NCBI GenBank assembly: GCA_043228905.1
Contig: JBHGNT010000002.1
Span: forward strand, 11,408,001-11,472,000
Source of the DNA: Azolla caroliniana
Taxonomy: Eukaryota > Plantae > Polypodiophyta
DNA: 64,000 nucleotides
Direction: 5' to 3'
Shown: positions 60,931-64,000 of the stretch, piece by piece
Layout: each line of letters opens with the position of its first letter
How positions within the stretch are numbered: position 1 is the stretch's first letter
Position numbers and translations under genes: made by a program
The notes under the pieces: model-generated
Told to the model about the DNA's origin: nothing
Databases searched by the model: none
The model's input: the letters and a program-made list of their open reading frames with translations, nothing else

Positions 60931-63900
60931 ACCTATCGGTTACACTCAGATCCGGACACAGATCCGGATCATGTTGAGCTTGCTCGCTCAACACTCCCCC
61001 TCAAGCTCAACTTGAGATCGGATTGTGGTGGCAATATTTGTCGGTCCTTTCCTATAGCTCCTCCTAGTGTCTTCCCGCCTTGCTCATGCTACTCAACCCG
61101 TCCAGTCCCGCTTTCCATGACCCGTCCAGTTCCGTGCACCTCAACCCTCTTGGTCGGCTTGTCTGCTCATAAGGCCCATCTCAGCTCCTTCCCTACTATG
61201 ACTTTGGCGCCTCTCGACCTGTCGGTTCCTCTGTGTCGACTTCGACTTCCATTGCCTTCTAGTCCGTTTGGCCTTCTTTTGATTTTGCTCCTCCGAATCG
61301 GTGCCTCTGATTCGTTCCAGCTATTGTTTGAATTGGTTATCTCCAACTCGATCTTCAAGCCCTTTACCACATCAAACCATGTTCGGGTCTTGGCCTTCTT
61401 CTTTCGGTCGACTTTGATATTCTTGACTCTACCGCCGTCACCGTTTGTTTCGACTTTTTTGAATATACCGACTTCTTAAGTCGACTCGGCTCCCTTTTTC
61501 TTCTTATCTCCCCTTGTTTCTAACTTTTCCTCCTCTCCGGTGCCTTCCCCTATTTTCCCGATTCCTATTCCGGTTCTCCCCCTTAAGTGCGGCATGTCAA
61601 GATGCTGCAACCCAAGCATCTCTGAAAAATGTTGCAACTTGTTCGATCCGAATGGCTTGGTGAAGATGTCGGCAACCTGCCGATCAGTTCGGACATACTA
61701 GAGTTTGACTTCACCGCTCAGGACCCGCTCGCTCACAAAGTGATAATGCACTTCTATGTGCTTTGTGCGAGCATGGAAGATGGGGTTCTTAGCGAGCTAC
61801 ATGCTATTGATGTCGTCGTACTAGATCAAGATCACAATCGGGACTTCAATACAAAGATCTTGTAGCAGTCACCGAAGCCAAATGGCTTCACAGGTGGCAA
61901 TGGTAGCTCCACGGTACTCAACTTCAGTGCTCGACAGAGACACTATCGGTTCCTTTTTGTTGCTCCACGCAACAACCAGGCTACCTAGAGAAAACATAAA
62001 ACCGGATGTTGACCAATGATCTGATGCATCACCAGCCCAGTCAACATTTCTATAACCGGATAGTTGTTTGGTTATACCATATTGGTACAACAGTCACTGA
62101 TCCTTAGTGCCGCTCACATATCTCGATAGTCGATGCACGCGTTGAAGGTGCTCGATGGTCCGCTTCTGCATAAATTGACTAATCACTCTGACCAAATTGC
62201 TGATGTTGGGTCGGGTGATTGTTAAGTATATACGGCTTCCAACAATTTATCAGAACCATTTCTCATTGCAAGCCGGTCCAAAGTCAGGACGTAGCATGAG
62301 GTTCCGGTCGAGGGGTGTGGAGACTGGTCTACATTCGGTCATGCCGAACTTGTACAACATATTCAACTCAAGTGTCATTGAGATAACAATATGTTGTCGG
62401 GAGTATGGATCACTTTGATCTCGAGGAAGTAATGGAGGTCCCCCATGTCCCTTATTTCGAACGCGTTCGATAGTTGGGACTTTACTTGGTTGATTTCAGG
62501 GAGGTCGGGTTCAGTAACGACTAAGTCGTCAACATACAACAAAATGCATATCAAACCTTTCAGACCATTTTGGATGAACAACGAAGAGTCGTACTTCGAT
62601 GCTGCAAAACCCATCTTACGCAACCGGTGCGTTATCTTCGAATTCCAGGCTCGAGGGGCTTGCTTCAAGCCGTAGAGTGACTTCTTGAGTCGGCACACCG
62701 CTGACGTGTTCATCTCCGACTGGAAACCGGGGGGTTGAATCATGTAGATTTGTTCTTCAAGGTTGCCTTGAAGAAATGCATTCTTCACGTCCATTTGGTG
62801 AAGATGTCACCCCCTTGGCGCAGCAACTACCAACACCACGAATTGTCATCATCTCCGCTACCGGAGCGAAGGTCTCGTCGTAGTCGATTCCGTGGGTATG
62901 CGCATATCCTTTGGCCACTAGCCAAGACTTGTACCGGTTGACCGAACTTTTGGCATTTTATTTTACCTCCTATATCCACTAGCAGTCGATTGGTTTGCAA
63001 TGTCGGGGAGGGTCAACCAAGTCCCATGTGTCATTGGCATCAAGTGCGCGCATTTCTTCCTCCATCGCGGCACGCTAGTTCACATCTTTCACTGTTTCTG
63101 CGTAGCTCTCCGGCTCACACACTTCCGCCACTTTTGTCATGTACACATAGTGATGTGCCATGTATTCATTATACCCATACCATTTCACGGGATTCTTTTG
63201 GCGGGTCAATCAGCGTAACTTCTCGTTAGCTGATTTAAGGGCCCTTTTGGCCAACTCGAACTTCGTCTCCGAAGGTCCGTCTTCGTTCTTTCCGGAGTCG
63301 GATTCGGTCCGATCCGACTTGACTCTGCCCGTGTCATATTCCAACATCTTCTTCTTCCCCTTCTCTTTGCGCCTGAACCGTCTCCTCGGTTCCTTGGGCG
63401 GGGAGTGCAACCGAGTCTCCACTACTCGCCGGCTCATCATCTGATTGGTCGTTCCGACTCAGTATTTCATTCGGCCCACTCAACCGAAATGGAATTGGAC
63501 TCTCTTCTAGAGTGTTGAACTCCACTTCCTCTTCTGCCCAGATCATGACGGGCTCACTGGCTTCATCCTCAGTGATTAGGTGGTCAGAGTTGTTGGGGGT
63601 CGGAGTCGTAGTCAATAAGGAGTACCATGATGCCAACTCATCGAATTCGACATCATGGCTTACTCGAACTTGCTTGGTCCGGGGGTTATAACCCTTGTAT
63701 CCCTTCTGTTCGTGTGAGTATCCGACCAGGATGCACTTCTCTGACTTCAACTCCATCTTCTTCGCTTCTCATCAGGCACATGCACATACGTTATGTTGTC
63801 GAATACCCTTAGGTGTCCTAAGTTCGGCTTCCATCCGAAATACTGCTCATGTGTCGACACCTTATCCCCGATCTCGTTTTGGATGTACACCATAGTTCGA

Positions 63901-64000
63901 ACCACTTCGGACCAGTAGAACTTGGCCACGCTCTTCTCCTCCAACATTGCCCTTGCCGCTTTGACAGCTGACCGATTCTTCCTCTCGGCTACACCGTTTT
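60931..64000 (-). mobile_element. Ty1/Copia element (3' LTR remnant to 60993, PPT, 3' extension, RH, RT, IN), running off the window end
   Basis: [37 protein letters not shown] and PPT CTCCCCCTCAAG. Confidence 0.88.

Overview
Land-plant heterochromatin-like window with no recognisable host gene. Plant tRNA-iMet and tRNA-Trp primer sites and TTTAGGG repeats are present; a seed-free plant is likely, but that is inference. It is almost entirely decayed, nested Ty1/Copia and Ty3/Gypsy LTR retrotransposons, plus a truncated LINE and tRNA-like (SINE-like) inserts. LTR pairs and target-site duplications resolve a six-level nest centred on 43.5-52.6 kb. The innermost insertion is a ~9.1 kb AT-rich element with ~21-bp imperfect TIRs and two divergent, now pseudogenised genes. 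One is a DDE-type (Sola-like/DUF7869-like) transposase with a C-terminal beta-barrel, reader-like domain. The other is a six-exon gene encoding a ParB/Srx-like domain fused to a prokaryote-type beta-class N6A/N4C DNA amino-methyltransferase. Its first intron holds ten 51-bp palindromic repeats. A tRNA-Trp-primed Gypsy lineage inserts at CpG-centred RCGY sites with 4-bp TSDs in all four cases seen. All family assignments come from motif recognition by eye, not database searches.
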